Positions 1 to 11,163 of a DNA stretch of 64,000 nucleotides are shown here, piece after piece. The number at the start of each line of letters is the position of its first letter. The stretch's first letter is position 1. The notes under the pieces were generated by a model. The model was given only the letters and a program-made list of their open reading frames with translations. It made no database searches and was not told where the DNA came from. The stretch spans positions 744,001 to 808,000 of the forward strand of contig OZ251252.1 in assembly GCA_965240325.2 (NCBI GenBank). Reading direction: 5' to 3'. This DNA is from Rebecca billardiae RCC1528 (taxonomy: Eukaryota; Protista; Haptophyta). The position numbers and the translations under genes were made by a program.

Positions 1-287
1 GCGGCGGCGTGGCACACGCCGGTCACGTCGCGGTCGCGCCGGTCCAGCAGCCAGGTCGCCTGCCCCGCCTGCTCGCTGTTCGCGAAGAGCACGATTAACG
101 AAACGTTGGCCGAGCGGCCGACGCGCACCTCGAGGCCCTCGCCACGATGGAGGCCGGCGGTGAAGGCGACGAGGCCGCGCGGGAGGAGGTCGTCGAGCTC
201 AACCGACGCGTGCTTCACGCCCAGGCCCGGCCGCGCGAGCGCGGCGAGCGCGCACACGCCCGCGAGCGCGGCGTGCGCGCGCGGCAT
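1..287 (-). CDS. 5' part of a secreted/membrane protein running off the window edge
   Basis: ATG at 287 on minus reads MPRAHAALAGVCALAALARPGLGVKHASVELDDLLPRGLVAF... open to position 1; hydrophobic signal-peptide-like N-terminus; head-to-head with the gene at 418. Confidence 0.6.
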   Translation of the reverse strand, partial: MPRAHAALAGVCALAALARPGLGVKHASVELDDLLPRGLVAFTAGLHRGEGLEVRVGRSANVSLIVLFANSEQAGQATWLLDRRDRDVTGVCHAA

Positions 288-417
288 CGCCAAGGGCGGT
301 GGGGGCGGCGCGCCTCCCTGACGATCTGTGCAGGCTGGCTGCTCCCATTTCTGCCGCGCCTTTTCGGACGGGTTTTTTTTTTTCGCCGTTTGCCGTTCAG
401 GTTGGCGGCGGGCGCGC

Positions 418-1568
418 ATGGTGGCTGTCGACGACGACGGCAGGAGGGGCAAGGCTGGCGTGGCCGGCGTGGCCGGCGCGACGCACGCGCGGGGCGCGGC
501 CCCGCGGGCGACCCCGCCCAACGCACGCCGCCCCCAGAGCGCCATCCTGCTCTCGGCGCGGCTGCACGACGCGCTCAGCGCCGACGGCCTCGACGCGCCG
601 CGGCTCGCGCGCCGGCGGCGCGGCTCGGCGGACGACCGCGCGTTCGCCGCGGCGCTGGCCAAGTCGTACCCGGGCGGCGAGCTGCCACCGGGGCACCCGC
701 TGCGCGAGCGCCCGCCCCCGGAGCCGCGCGCGCGCGACACGCGCCTCAAGCCCGGCACGCCCGCGTGGACGTTCGGGCGGGCGGGAGCGCCGCGCGCGGA
801 GCACCTCTCGACGTCCGGCGGCGGCGGCGGGCGCGGCGGCGGCGGTGGCGGCCGGGGCCGTGGCGACGCGCCGGTGGCGGCACGCTCGCTCAGCGCGCAC
901 GAGCTCGACGCGGCGCTCGCGCTGCTGCGCGAGCGCGCCGTCACGGGCCTGCGGTTTGGCCAGCCTCTCGAGCCGCGCGCGCGCTTTGCCGAGCTGCTAG
1001 AGTCCGGTGCGCTCCCCACCCGGACTTTTGGGCACCATGAGGTCTCGGTCCGGGTGGGTCCGGGGCCGGCGGCGTTCCGCCCGCCGACGGAGCTGCGGGT
1101 CGGGGAGGAGGTGCTCGTGCCCTCGCGCGCGCGGGAGCGCGTGGACGACCGCAGCGCGTGGCGAGGCGCGTACGGCTCCCTCGGCGGTGCGCGCGCCGCC
1201 GCGCTCGCCCTCGGGCGCCGCCGCGCTCGGCGCGCCGCGCGCCGCGCACGCCCCGGCGGCACGCAGACGCGCGCGCGCGCACGGCGCGCCTCCCCACCGC
1301 GCGCATCACGCGTCCCCACCACCCCCGCCCGCGCACGCCCCCGCTGTGCCCCCCACCGGCAGCGGGCCCTTCGTATGTGCCGCTGGACTTCCCGCACGAC
1401 TGGCTACGCACCCCGGGGGGGCGCGACGGCCCGGCGCACTCGCAGTATGGCTTCTCGCTCGACTCGCGCTCGACGGTCGATCTCGAGCCGCGAGATCGCG
1501 CGCTGCGGCGGGAGGGGTACTATTACGTCGGCAGCGGCGGGAACTATGCCGGGCGTGGCGGGCGGTGA
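418..1568 (+). CDS. Hypothetical protein, 2 exons (418-1186, 1363-1568)
   Basis: ATG 418; GTGCGC donor at 1187 and CAG acceptor at 1362 join ...AYGSLG to AGPSYVPLDFPHDWLRT... in phase 1; stop at 1568. Confidence 0.65.
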
Positions 1569-1880
1569 CGGGGGCGCGCCGCTGCTGTCATCCAATCGAG
1601 TGCCAACTGGGGCCCACGCCCGCCGCTCTCCGCGCGAGCGGAATCCGTTACAGTACGGAATCAAAGCCCCATAGAGGGCGCCGGCGATTTCAGATTCCGG
1701 AGCGGATCGACGGTCAGGCTGCGACGACGGTGACGCACCACCCGGCTTGGTGACGCGGTCCGGCCAGTGCTCGGCTCGTCCGAAAAGCGGCGAGTTTGCA
1801 TCAGCAGCTTTCCTCCCCGCCATCATCGCGGGCTTGTTGCTTGCTGCGGGGCCTCACAGCCGCCGCATCCTCCCGCGCCG

Positions 1881-4304
1881 ATGGGCTCGTGCGCGAGCGC
1901 GCAGCGGCGCGAGCGCGCGCAGGACGCGTCGGTGCACGCGTCCGCGTGGGCCGGCGTCGTCCGCGCGCGCGCCGCCCACCGGCACGACCCGCACAGCGCG
2001 TGCGTCAAGGTGATTCTCGTGGACGAGAAGGAAGCGCACATCATTTACACGGGCTCGTGGGACGGGCTGGCGAAGCGGTGGGACCTGCGCAGCGCGACGT
2101 GCGAGCTGACGTACACGGGGTGCTCCGACGACATCATCGACATGGCGCAGTGCACCACGCCCTGGGGCGCCGACCTCCTCTTCGCGGTCGGCGGGCCGCC
2201 GGGCGTGTGCTGCTGGGACCGGCGGGACGGGACGCTGCTGGCGGCGTACAACGTGAACGAGGACGCGGCGATCGACTTCGTGGCGTACGCGGTCGCGGCG
2301 ACGCCCGTCGCGATCATCTGCGGCCACGCCACCGAGGGCATCCTCAGCTGGGACCTGCGCGAGACCCAGCTGCAGCCGCCCGAAGCGGCGGACGCGGCGC
2401 CAGGCGCGCAGCGCAGCCCGGCGGGCTCGCCGAAGCGCGGTGGTGAGAGGCGGGCGCTGGCGGGGCGCGGGAAGGAGGCGGAGGGGGAGACCTCGCTGCT
2501 CGGCGTGGCGGCGCACGCCGTGCCCAACGCCGCGAACGCCGCGTGGACCGAGGCGCAGCGCGTCGTCGACGAGTCCATCCGAGCGGCGTGCGAGCTTGTC
2601 GGGATCGATCTCGAGGCGCGAGATCGCGCGGCCGCGGCGGCGCGCCGGCAGCAGCCGACGCACAACCCGTCGGCGCAGCCCGAGGCGCGGGACGAGAACG
2701 GGGTGCGGCTGATCTTCGAGCCGATGCGCTTCGGCTTCGTCGGCACCATGCCCACCTCGCGCGGCACCGTCGCCTTTGTCTCGTGCTCGGGCGCGATGGC
2801 GATGCGCGTGTCGCAGGCCGAGGGCATGGCTCGGCAGTACCTGGCTTCGGCGCACACGTACGAGCAGCCGATGCTGATCCAGCCGACGCGCACGCGGCTG
2901 TTCCGCCGGCTGGCGTACCGCGCGCGGAGCACGATCAACTACTGCCTGCCGCCCGCCATCTCCATCCCGCCCGAGCGCCACTACTGCGCATTCCTGTGGG
3001 ACGCCGATTCAGGCATCTGCACCGCGGTGCTGGCGTGGCAGCACAGCGCGCCGCTGCGCGCGGTGGAGTTCTGGGGCTCGCACTCGGTGTTCACGGGGGA
3101 CCTGTCCGGGCTGATCGTGCAGTGGCGCGTGCCCTCGGGCGCGCCGGTGCGCATCCTCCGCTCCAAGCAGGGCTCCATCCGCGACATGACCGTCCTGCCC
3201 CGCTTCCGCTGGGAGCTGACACTTCCGGTCGGCGGGCGGAAGGTTTCGTTATTTGAGTCACCCGCGCTGATCGCCGGCTCGTCGCGAGGCCCGGCGCTCG
3301 TGGCGTTCCCGCTGCGCGAGCCCGAGCCGGAGAAGGACCGTGGGCGGCAGCGCCGGCCGAGCGAGCTCGCGCACTCCTCCGCCTCGCTCGGCGAGGTCAA
3401 CCGCCATCTTGCCGTCCGCGGTCAGCAGCTAGCGTCCTCGGCGTCCGCCGCCGCCTATGGCTGGGTAGAATTGCCGTATGAGGGAGCGGCCGCGGCCGGG
3501 CTGGCGGCGGCGGACTCGCTGTTCTCGCTGGTGGTGACGGGGAGCCGCGTGGTCACGGGGCACATCGACGGCCAGCTCTTCGAGTGGTCCAAGCGCCGCT
3601 TCGTCCGCCGCATCGACGACCCCGCCGCCGCGGCGCAGGCGGCCGCGGCGCGGCGCGCAGAGTCAGTGGCCGAGGTCGGAGGCTTGTATCTCGGCGGGCC
3701 GAGATCGCCCTCGCGGCGGTTCTCGCTCCTCGCGCGCGCGCCATACACGGGCGAGATGGTGTCGCCGGAGCCTCGCGCCGGGCCCAGGCCCGGCTTCAGA
3801 GCCGGGAGTGCCGCCGCCGCCGACGCCGACGCTCCTCCCGGCCACCACGTGTTGCACGCCGCCGGCGCGGGTGGCAGCGGCCTCTCAGCGGGCAGCAGGC
3901 TATCGGCTGGCGGCGGCGGCGCGGCCGGCGGCGGCAGCAGGCCGTCGGTCGGCAGCAGCGGTGGCGGTGGTGGCGGCGGCGGCGCGCACGCGCCGACCGT
4001 GCAGGACATCGCGCGCCTCACGCGCAACTTTGAGAAGTGGGACTCCGACAACGACGGGCTGGTCACACGCGACGAATTTCTGGAGGGGATGCGGCAGATT
4101 GTCCAGTCGTCCGGCGCGGAGGTGGGCGGCGTGCCGCGCGAGCTCTCGGTGCGCGACGCCGAGCGGATCTTCGACGCGCTCGACACGGACTCCACCGGGC
4201 GCATCGACCTCGTCACCTTCAAGCTGATCTCGAAGAAGCTGCAGGACCGCGACCTGATCAACACGCGGTTGCTCTCGCGCCGCGCGTCGTCGCTCATGTG
4301 GTAG
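1881..4304 (+). CDS. WD40-repeat protein with C-terminal EF-hand pair and N-terminal acylation motif
   Basis: MGSCAS start; WD motifs IYTGSWDGLAKRWD, VFTGDLSGLIVQW, VVTGHIDGQLFEW; EF loops DSDNDGLVTRDE and DTDSTGRIDLVT. Confidence 0.85.
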   Translation: MGSCASAQRRERAQDASVHASAWAGVVRARAAHRHDPHSACVKVILVDEKEAHIIYTGSWDGLAKRWDLRSATCELTYTGCSDDIIDMAQCTTPWGADLLFAVGGPPGVCCWDRRDGTLLAAYNVNEDAAIDFVAYAVAATPVAIICGHATEGILSWDLRETQLQPPEAADAAPGAQRSPAGSPKRGGERRALAGRGKEAEGETSLLGVAAHAVPNAANAAWTEAQRVVDESIRAACELVGIDLEARDRAAAAARRQQPTHNPSAQPEARDENGVRLIFEPMRFGFVGTMPTSRGTVAFVSCSGAMAMRVSQAEGMARQYLASAHTYEQPMLIQPTRTRLFRRLAYRARSTINYCLPPAISIPPERHYCAFLWDADSGICTAVLAWQHSAPLRAVEFWGSHSVFTGDLSGLIVQWRVPSGAPVRILRSKQGSIRDMTVLPRFRWELTLPVGGRKVSLFESPALIAGSSRGPALVAFPLREPEPEKDRGRQRRPSELAHSSASLGEVNRHLAVRGQQLASSASAAAYGWVELPYEGAAAAGLAAADSLFSLVVTGSRVVTGHIDGQLFEWSKRRFVRRIDDPAAAAQAAAARRAESVAEVGGLYLGGPRSPSRRFSLLARAPYTGEMVSPEPRAGPRPGFRAGSAAAADADAPPGHHVLHAAGAGGSGLSAGSRLSAGGGGAAGGGSRPSVGSSGGGGGGGGAHAPTVQDIARLTRNFEKWDSDNDGLVTRDEFLEGMRQIVQSSGAEVGGVPRELSVRDAERIFDALDTDSTGRIDLVTFKLISKKLQDRDLINTRLLSRRASSLMW

Positions 4305-5010
4305 CGACGACGAGACCGGCTGCCGTGCCCTGACGCGCGGTCCGGTGGTGGCGGGGTCCGTTGGCCGCCGGACTCGCCCCCGCGCCCGGCTTACCTCGTC
4401 AGCGCGCCGCCATGCGCATCCGCGCGCGCTTGGGCCGTGTCCTCTCCGCTGTCCAATGCTGCGACGGCGCGTCACCCAGTGCAGTCAACTCGGCGTCGGC
4501 CCAGGTGGCGGTGCGCGACCGCGCCCGCGGACTGACAGTGTCAGTGACGCGGCCGAGTCCCGGTCGCAGTAGCAGTTGTGGGCCGCGCCGCCGCTGATAT
4601 AGCGCGCGCGCGCGCTGCGCTGTGATATACGGGCGCATCGCGCTGATACGATGTCGATGATACATATCCTTATGGCCTGGCGCGAGCCGTATGATATTGA
4701 TAGCCGGCTGCGGCGGAGCCCGGGGCGGGGCGCCGGGCGGCGGCGGCACGGGCGCATCGGATTCGGCCACCTGACCGAACCTAAGCTCAGCGCGGCCTCT
4801 CAGCGGTCAGCCCCGTAGCAGCAGCCGCCCTGCCGTGCCCGTGAGCCGGGCTACTGCTGAATTCAGTCTCCTGTCTCCGGGGGCGCGCCGTGCCCGTGGC
4901 CTGGCTGACAGCCTGACAAGGCTCCGACCCGGGGTCGGCGGAGGACGGCGCCTCGCGCCAGGGCCGCGTCCCGCTACGGATAACGGAGGCGGGTCAGAGC
5001 CCCACTGGCG

Positions 5011-5455
5011 GGGGTGCGTGGCCCAAAATCCAACTTCCTGTCGTCTTATTGATGAGATGACGAGGCTCTCAAACTTCGGGATATGTCAATATTCGCCTGA
5101 AATGAGCTGGGGTCACGCTGACAAGTTTTGCGAAAAAATGTCACATACTGGAGATATATACGACCTCACGAATCTCGACGCGATCTCGGCAACATTAGTA
5201 GGGGAGATACACGATCTCCAAGGTGATCTCGCTATATTTGCACCAGAATCGCACCGTCTAGATCATCACATTTTGGCAGTCTGAAATTGGCACAGGCGGA
5301 TTCTACACCCTGCTGGAATTAAGCCTAAACGAACTTTTAAAACGGCGGACTCAAACAGTTACTACAAACCGAGGAGATATTTCGTCATATTTCGAGATTT
5401 CGGGAGATTATGTGTCATGCACTCGGGAGTGTAACGGTCGGAGCTCTCGGACCCC
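5011..5455. mobile_element. Possible short degenerate TIR element (lower-GC insert)
   Basis: Ends GGGGTGCG / CGGACCCC (7 of 8 inverted match), flanked by ACTGGCG / ACTAGCG; interior visibly AT-richer and shares TCACGCTG...ATGTCACATA with the reverse complement of 33624-33726. Confidence 0.35.
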
Positions 5456-5646
5456 ACTAGCGTCCCGCTCGCAGGACCGTCAGTGCTGGCCCACTGGCCT
5501 GAGACTGGCCGTCGACGTAACCGTCTGCGAGTCATCTGCTGATGCCCGGTGATCGGCCGCACCGTCCCTCCCTGACTGAGCTGGGAGCCGGCGCGGCCCG
5601 CCGCCGCCTCCCTGCCAGTTTACGTCAGCTATTGCGCTACTACATG

Positions 5647-7599
5647 TAGGTGGGTCCCTCCCAACTGGGGCGATATATTCTGGGGCACTCAGAATGACGT
5701 CCTAGATTTTGTCTCTCACCCAGAATCGACGCTATAAATGCGTCCCATCGGGGCGGAGCAAAAGTTTCGACCTCAAAACCTACTCCGCGTGCCGTCGCGC
5801 GGCCGAGCGCGCGCGCGCCGCGCCAGTAGTGTCACATAGAGATTTTGCGAAGCGTTACTTCATGGTTATGGTGGCTAGATGGCGACATGCGATCGAAATT
5901 ACTTATTGACAACCGTTGACACCCGACCGAACCATTTTATGAAGCAAAGAGTGGGGCTCTATGCTGTGCGCTGATACCTCCAACAAACTACAGCAAGATC
6001 GAGCATATTACCCACTTCATATATAGCCACTTACCCGTATATAGTATGAGTGTTACCCACTTTATATTGACCGTGGATGCGGTTCACTATGTATTCAAAT
6101 TCGTTCCGATATGTGGGTACGTTTGTTGGGTCATCGAATAGGCGCCGAGCGACGCGGACACAGGCAACCCGGGCCGCAACCGGACTGCCTGCGAGTGGCA
6201 GTGTTTGTGGCGGGCTGCGTGCCGAGGCACACACCATCGCCCGCCACCGAGCATGCCACCGTCGTCACACGGGAGCCCTCCGCCGTCGAGGCTGGACTAT
6301 CAGCCAACGCCACCGCCGGAGCTTGCCGCGTTCGGCGGCTTCCGTGCTCGTACTCCGCGTGTCACCGGTCGTCGTATGCCCACCCGCGTGAGGCCGCCAC
6401 CAGTCCATGACTACCGCAGCTGCAGCCCATGCCGCCGACGATGCCTCCTACCATCTTCTCGCCAGGCAGCAATACGATAGGTTCACCGACGCTGCTGCTA
6501 GGCTGAGAGCACTCAGCCAGTTGGCCGGCGAGACGTCAGATGGTTGAGCTGCTGGCCTAGCCATCACGTTGCGGCTTCCGCTCGCTCAAGTACACCCAAC
6601 GTGACGACGAGAACGTGCCGGGCAATCATCAGACATGCGTCTGAGGGGTCTACTACGCCTAGCCGTAGAGTTGCTGAGTACGAGTCTTCGCAGACCACAA
6701 GCGGAACGAGTGGGACCACCCAATGGCAGGAGCAACAGCGTGGGGTGGCACCCGCGCCTGTCAACGCGACCGCGTTCTGTCAAGAATGGACCCATATCCT
6801 GCGACCACCCTCGAGCACCGCATACTATGCCCACACTCGGCATAGGGAAGGATCGCTGAGCGCCTGCTGCCGCTGTCAAAGGCCCTGCTGATCTTCCTGG
6901 CGCTGGATCGTGCACACGGATGGCAAGTCGGCGTGCTCGCCGCACATCGCGGCGGCTTCTCAGCATCCCAAGTCCTCAGTGCACCCATCCTAGGCCTGCT
7001 GGTCGATGATTGGTACCAACCCCCACCAAACACGCCCTCTCGGAAGTCGCCAATCGCTCACATGGCTCCCCGAGAGCCCGGGGCTGGCTGTCGTGCGTTC
7101 TCACGAGCAGCTTGCGCACAGCCCAAATGTCACCTTCACGGTGCGTTGAGCTGCTCAAGATGGCGGGAGCGTCAAGAGCATGCCCGTGCACGACACTGGC
7201 CCATGCCTCCCGTCGCCTGACCCGCATGTGGCAAAAACTGACCCTGCTCGAAGGCACGGGTCGAACACCCGCCGATCGATTCAAGTTGTCTGTACGCGTC
7301 TAGCCGGGCGAGAGTCAAACATGCGGGCACGTGCCAGGCGGGGGATGTGTGACCACGGATCCCATCCGTGAGCACGCGCAAAGCGCTGGAGCGCGCGATA
7401 GGTGTTGGCTGTGGTCTACCCGACACACGGCGGCTCGGTCGCGCTGGAGAGGCGCTCCGACATCGTCGGGAGCGTTCAGATCGGACCTCGGCCGGCGGCC
7501 CGGCGATTTTCCCGAGCCGCGCCCCGCGCGAAAGAAATCAGGCCAGAAAACCCGGTAAATGTTTAAAAGACCGCTGGAAAATCGCCAGGGACCCACCTA
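5647..7599. mobile_element. Non-autonomous DNA transposon, 1953 bp, 13-bp TIR, 7-bp TSD
   Basis: TAGGTGGGTCCCT (5647-5659) and its exact reverse complement (7587-7599); direct repeat CTACATG at 5640-5646 and 7600-7606; no intact transposase ORF inside. Confidence 0.85.
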
Positions 7600-7839
7600 C
7601 TACATGCACTTACTCATCACGACTCGGCTTGAATCATACGGCCGCCCGTCATCACTACTCAAAATCAGCCACGGCCGGCGGCGGCTGACCGCGACTAGCC
7701 CGACTTTGGCCAGCGCGCGGGACCGCGCGCCAGACCGGCTGACCGCCGGGAGTGGCGCGGCGGCGGCCGGCGGGCGGGGCAGCGCGGGACCGGGCGCCGC
7801 GGCGGTCGGTCCGAGTGTCCGTCGCGGGGGCGGGCCGGG

Positions 7840-8175
7840 CTGCCTGGCGTGACATCTCGGAATCGCGAATGCATGTATTCCCGTCCAGCTCAGCGGCCTC
7901 TGCCGAGCCACCTGGTCGGGCGCTGCCTGGCGAGTGGCGGACACACTCTCGGATGTCATCCCGACTGATCGAATTTGGTGCGTACGTACTCCCGCAGTTT
8001 GACCCGGCACCGAGAGTGCTCCGAGCGGCCTCTGCCGAGCTAACCTCAAACCTGGTGGCGCCCGCGGAGTGCCTGGCGACATCTCGGATGAGTACCCGTC
8101 CAGCTCAGCGGCCTCTGCCGAGCACCTGGTGGCGCTGCCTGGCGACATCTCGGATGTAACCGTCCAGCTCAGCCT
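7840..8175. repeat. Decaying tandem copies of a 64-bp unit covering the 3' end of the 8105-9079 gene
   Basis: CCGTCCAGCTCAG recurs at 8096 and 8160; further copies of GCGGCCTCTGCCGAGC and TGCCTGGCG..CATCTCGGA at ~7840, ~7880 and ~8023 carry short insertions. Confidence 0.8.
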
Positions 8176-9079
8176 CGGTCGAGCGGCGGGTGGCGCGCCT
8201 GCTGGCGAGGTCGCGGCGCTCGTCGTCGGCGGCGCCGCTTGAGGTGCTGCTGCTGCCGCTCGTCTCCGCCGCGGACGCCGTGCGCGACGAGAGCGCCACG
8301 GAGGGCGCGCCCGCGCCGCCGAACAGCCGCCCGACGGACGAGCCCGCGGCGGCGATGCGCGCGAGCTCTGCGCGGACGCGGTCGACGCGCGCGCCGCCGC
8401 CGGCCTCGGCGCGGCGCTTGTCGCCGGGGCGCTTGGGGTACGCGCCCGCCTCGCCCATCGCCTCGAGGTGCTGCGCGAGCGCCTCGACGCGCGTGCGCTC
8501 GAGGCCGAGCGCCGTGCGGTCGGCGAATGCCGCCGCGGACGCGGGCCGCTGGCCGCTGCGGCCGCCGTCGAGCGCCGCGGATCCAAATGGCGTGGGCGGC
8601 GAGGGCGGCGGCGGCGTGGCGGCGGAGCGGCGCAGCGCGTCGGCGGCGCTGAGCCGCGACGCCGGGCTCGCCTCGAGCGCGCTCAGCGCCGCGTGCCTGC
8701 GCACAAGCTCGGAGGAGGCGGGCGAGGGCGCGCCGCCAAACAGCGGCGGCGACGCGGTGAGGACCGAGGCTGCCGAGAGCCGGTTGGGCGCCGGCGTGAC
8801 GAGGAGGTCGCGCGGCGACGCGCCGAACGCCGGCGAGGCGGAGGACGGGCAAGCACGCGGCACGTCCGACGGCGCGCCGTACGGCGAGCTCCGCCGCGCG
8901 CCGCCGCTCGCGCCGAGCGCTTGCGCGTCGGCGGCGCGCCGCAGCGCGTCGGCGCGCACGCGCGCCACCTCGGCCGCCTGGCGCTCGAGGAGCGCCTCGG
9001 CCTGTGCGGCGGCGGCGAGGTCGGCGCGGGCAGACTCGAGCTCGGACTCAGCGTCCCACGCGCGCTCGTCGTGCAGCAT
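8105..9079 (-). CDS. Hypothetical protein with coiled-coil segments
   Basis: 324-aa ORF MLHDERAWDAESELESARADL...; protein-like composition; ATTGG box ~120 bp upstream. Confidence 0.65.
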   Translation of the reverse strand: MLHDERAWDAESELESARADLAAAAQAEALLERQAAEVARVRADALRRAADAQALGASGGARRSSPYGAPSDVPRACPSSASPAFGASPRDLLVTPAPNRLSAASVLTASPPLFGGAPSPASSELVRRHAALSALEASPASRLSAADALRRSAATPPPPSPPTPFGSAALDGGRSGQRPASAAAFADRTALGLERTRVEALAQHLEAMGEAGAYPKRPGDKRRAEAGGGARVDRVRAELARIAAAGSSVGRLFGGAGAPSVALSSRTASAAETSGSSSTSSGAADDERRDLASRRATRRSTEAELDGYIRDVARQRHQVLGRGR

Positions 9080-9462
9080 GGCCGCCGGTGGCCGCTTCGG
9101 TCGGCACGCCGCGCGTGCTGATGACGATACAGCGGGCGGCGGAAGTGCCCTGCAGCGGAAGCTGTCGTCGAAGTCGTCTCGCGAAGGCGCCTGTTCATCG
9201 ATTGGCCGGCGCGGCGCCTCCTGGGTGACCTGGGTCTAGATCTGGGTCACGAGATTGAAGATATGGGTGCACACTGCACACGCGTCAAACCGCGCCATTC
9301 GCGTATTCATCAGCGCCTAGGTGGTACATCACTGTTTCTATGATTCAACGACATTCAAGAATCGTGCAGTTCTATGCGCAACTTTGCAATGTTGAGCGCT
9401 GCTCCGGCTGCAGGTCCTGGGCCAAACGGCTGGCGGCAGGACCGACGACAGCCGGGACCCGC

Positions 9463-11163
9463 TCACAACCCGCCGGCGTGCATGGCGCTCGCTGTGCCCA
9501 GGCCGCCAAGCATCGCGCCCGAGCCGGCGAGGGTCCACAGCGCGGCCGCCTCGAAGGCGGGCCGCGCACGGCCGCCGCGCCTGCTGCCGCGCGCGCTTGG
9601 GCTCGGCGTCAGCGGTGCCAGCAGGCGCGTCAGCGGCGGTGCGGACGATGCGCCGGGCGCAACCGCCGCGCGCAGCTGCGACGGCGGCGGCGGCGCGGCC
9701 GCCTCGCCGCCCTCCGCGCGGCGCGGCTGCGCGCGCGCCACGCCGCCCGCCCTCTCGCCGCCCGCCACCGCGCCACGGCGCACCTGCAGCGCCATCAGCG
9801 CCGGCGCGACGTAAATCAGAAGCGCGCCGCCCGAGCCGCCGCCAATCGCCGCGAGCGCGTCCAGAGGAATGCCGGCGAGGGCGACGGCGCAGATGAGCGC
9901 GAGGGAGGCGACGCCGGCGATCGGCCGCGCGGCGGGCTCGGTCGAGCCGAGGCACAGCTCGGAGACCGCCGCGCGGAACGGCCGCTCGATCAGCGGCAGC
10001 TCGAAGAGGACCGAGAGCCCGATGCCAGCGCGCGCAAAAAACGCGAGATGATCCGACGGCGCATAGTTGCTCAGAATATTCGGCTGCGTGTCGGCGCCGA
10101 AGGTAGCGTAGCCCGCGGCGGTGATCGCGACGAAGAGCGCGGCGCTCGCGGCGAAGCCGAGCGTGGTGGTGCGCCCGAACCGGCGCAGCCGCTCCTTCGC
10201 GCCGCTGCCGGGCGTGTCCAGCTCGCCGTAGAGCGCGGGCGCGTTGTAGTGCGCCAAAAACGCGTTTGAGCAGAGCGACAGGAAAAAGGAAATTGCAGCT
10301 GCGTCCGGGAGGCCGCCGCCGCCGTGGCCTGCGGCGGTGGCGGCAGCGGCGGCGGCGGCGTCCGTGAGAGCGGGCGCGTCGGGCAGCCCGTGCGCGCCCC
10401 ACGGCGCGAGCTCGAGCAGCGCGCCGCCGGGTCCGTACGAGCCATCGGCGCAGCGCGCGCCCATCAGCGCGGCGGTGGCCGCCGTGCCGCCAACGCCGAG
10501 CAGCGAGGCAAAGGCGAGGGGGCCGAGGGACGGGAGCAGGCAGAGCGGCAGCCCGACGCCGGCGGTGCACGCCAGCACCACCTCCGCCCGGTTGAGCTCG
10601 GCGTACGGCACGCCGAGCGCGCCCGCCAGCAGGTCTGTAACGGTGTCGCCGATAACCGACACGCACGAAACAGCCGAGGTGAAGCAGAGAAGCAACGAGG
10701 CGAGGAGCGGGAGGAGCGCGGTGCGCGGGCCGAGGGTGCGGCGCCACGCGTCGGCGTACGTGCTCGCGCCGGTCGCCTCGCACGCCTCGCCGATCAGGTA
10801 GAACCCCGCGCCGTTCGCCACGCCGAGGCCCAGCAGGAGAGCGCACGCGATTGCGAGCGCGTCCGCGGGCGACGCGCCGCCCTCGACGAGGCGCGAGACG
10901 CCGCTGGGCAGCGTGAGCACGCCGGTGCCCGCGATGTTCTTGACGAGGTTGAGCGACGCCTGCGGCACGCTCGTGCGCGGCGCGGCCGGCGCGGGCGCCG
11001 CCTCCTCGGCGGCGGCGGCCGCGCGCGGCGCGGGCGGCCGAGCGCCGCGCGCCGCGCCCGCGCCCGCCGGCGGGCGCAGGTTGGGCGGGCGCGGGAACGA
11101 CGAGGCGCGGGCGGACGCGACGAGGAGGACGAGCAGCGTGGCGAGCCTCGCGCCGCGCCGCAT
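9463..11163 (-). CDS. Amino-acid transporter (Aa_trans / SLC38-like AAAP family) with bipartite N-terminal presequence
   Basis: SVPQASLNLVKNIAGTGVLTLPSG TM1 signature, AFLAHYN, GYATFGADTQPNILSNY; about 11 hydrophobic segments; start MRRGARLATLLVLLVASARASSF. Confidence 0.9.
   Translation of the reverse strand: MRRGARLATLLVLLVASARASSFPRPPNLRPPAGAGAARGARPPAPRAAAAAEEAAPAPAAPRTSVPQASLNLVKNIAGTGVLTLPSGVSRLVEGGASPADALAIACALLLGLGVANGAGFYLIGEACEATGASTYADAWRRTLGPRTALLPLLASLLLCFTSAVSCVSVIGDTVTDLLAGALGVPYAELNRAEVVLACTAGVGLPLCLLPSLGPLAFASLLGVGGTAATAALMGARCADGSYGPGGALLELAPWGAHGLPDAPALTDAAAAAAATAAGHGGGGLPDAAAISFFLSLCSNAFLAHYNAPALYGELDTPGSGAKERLRRFGRTTTLGFAASAALFVAITAAGYATFGADTQPNILSNYAPSDHLAFFARAGIGLSVLFELPLIERPFRAAVSELCLGSTEPAARPIAGVASLALICAVALAGIPLDALAAIGGGSGGALLIYVAPALMALQVRRGAVAGGERAGGVARAQPRRAEGGEAAAPPPPSQLRAAVAPGASSAPPLTRLLAPLTPSPSARGSRRGGRARPAFEAAALWTLAGSGAMLGGLGTASAMHAGGL

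Noticed and set aside
7840-8175. CRISPR-like repeat-spacer array
   Set aside because: Eukaryotic context, units derive from the adjacent coding end, irregular spacing, no cas genes
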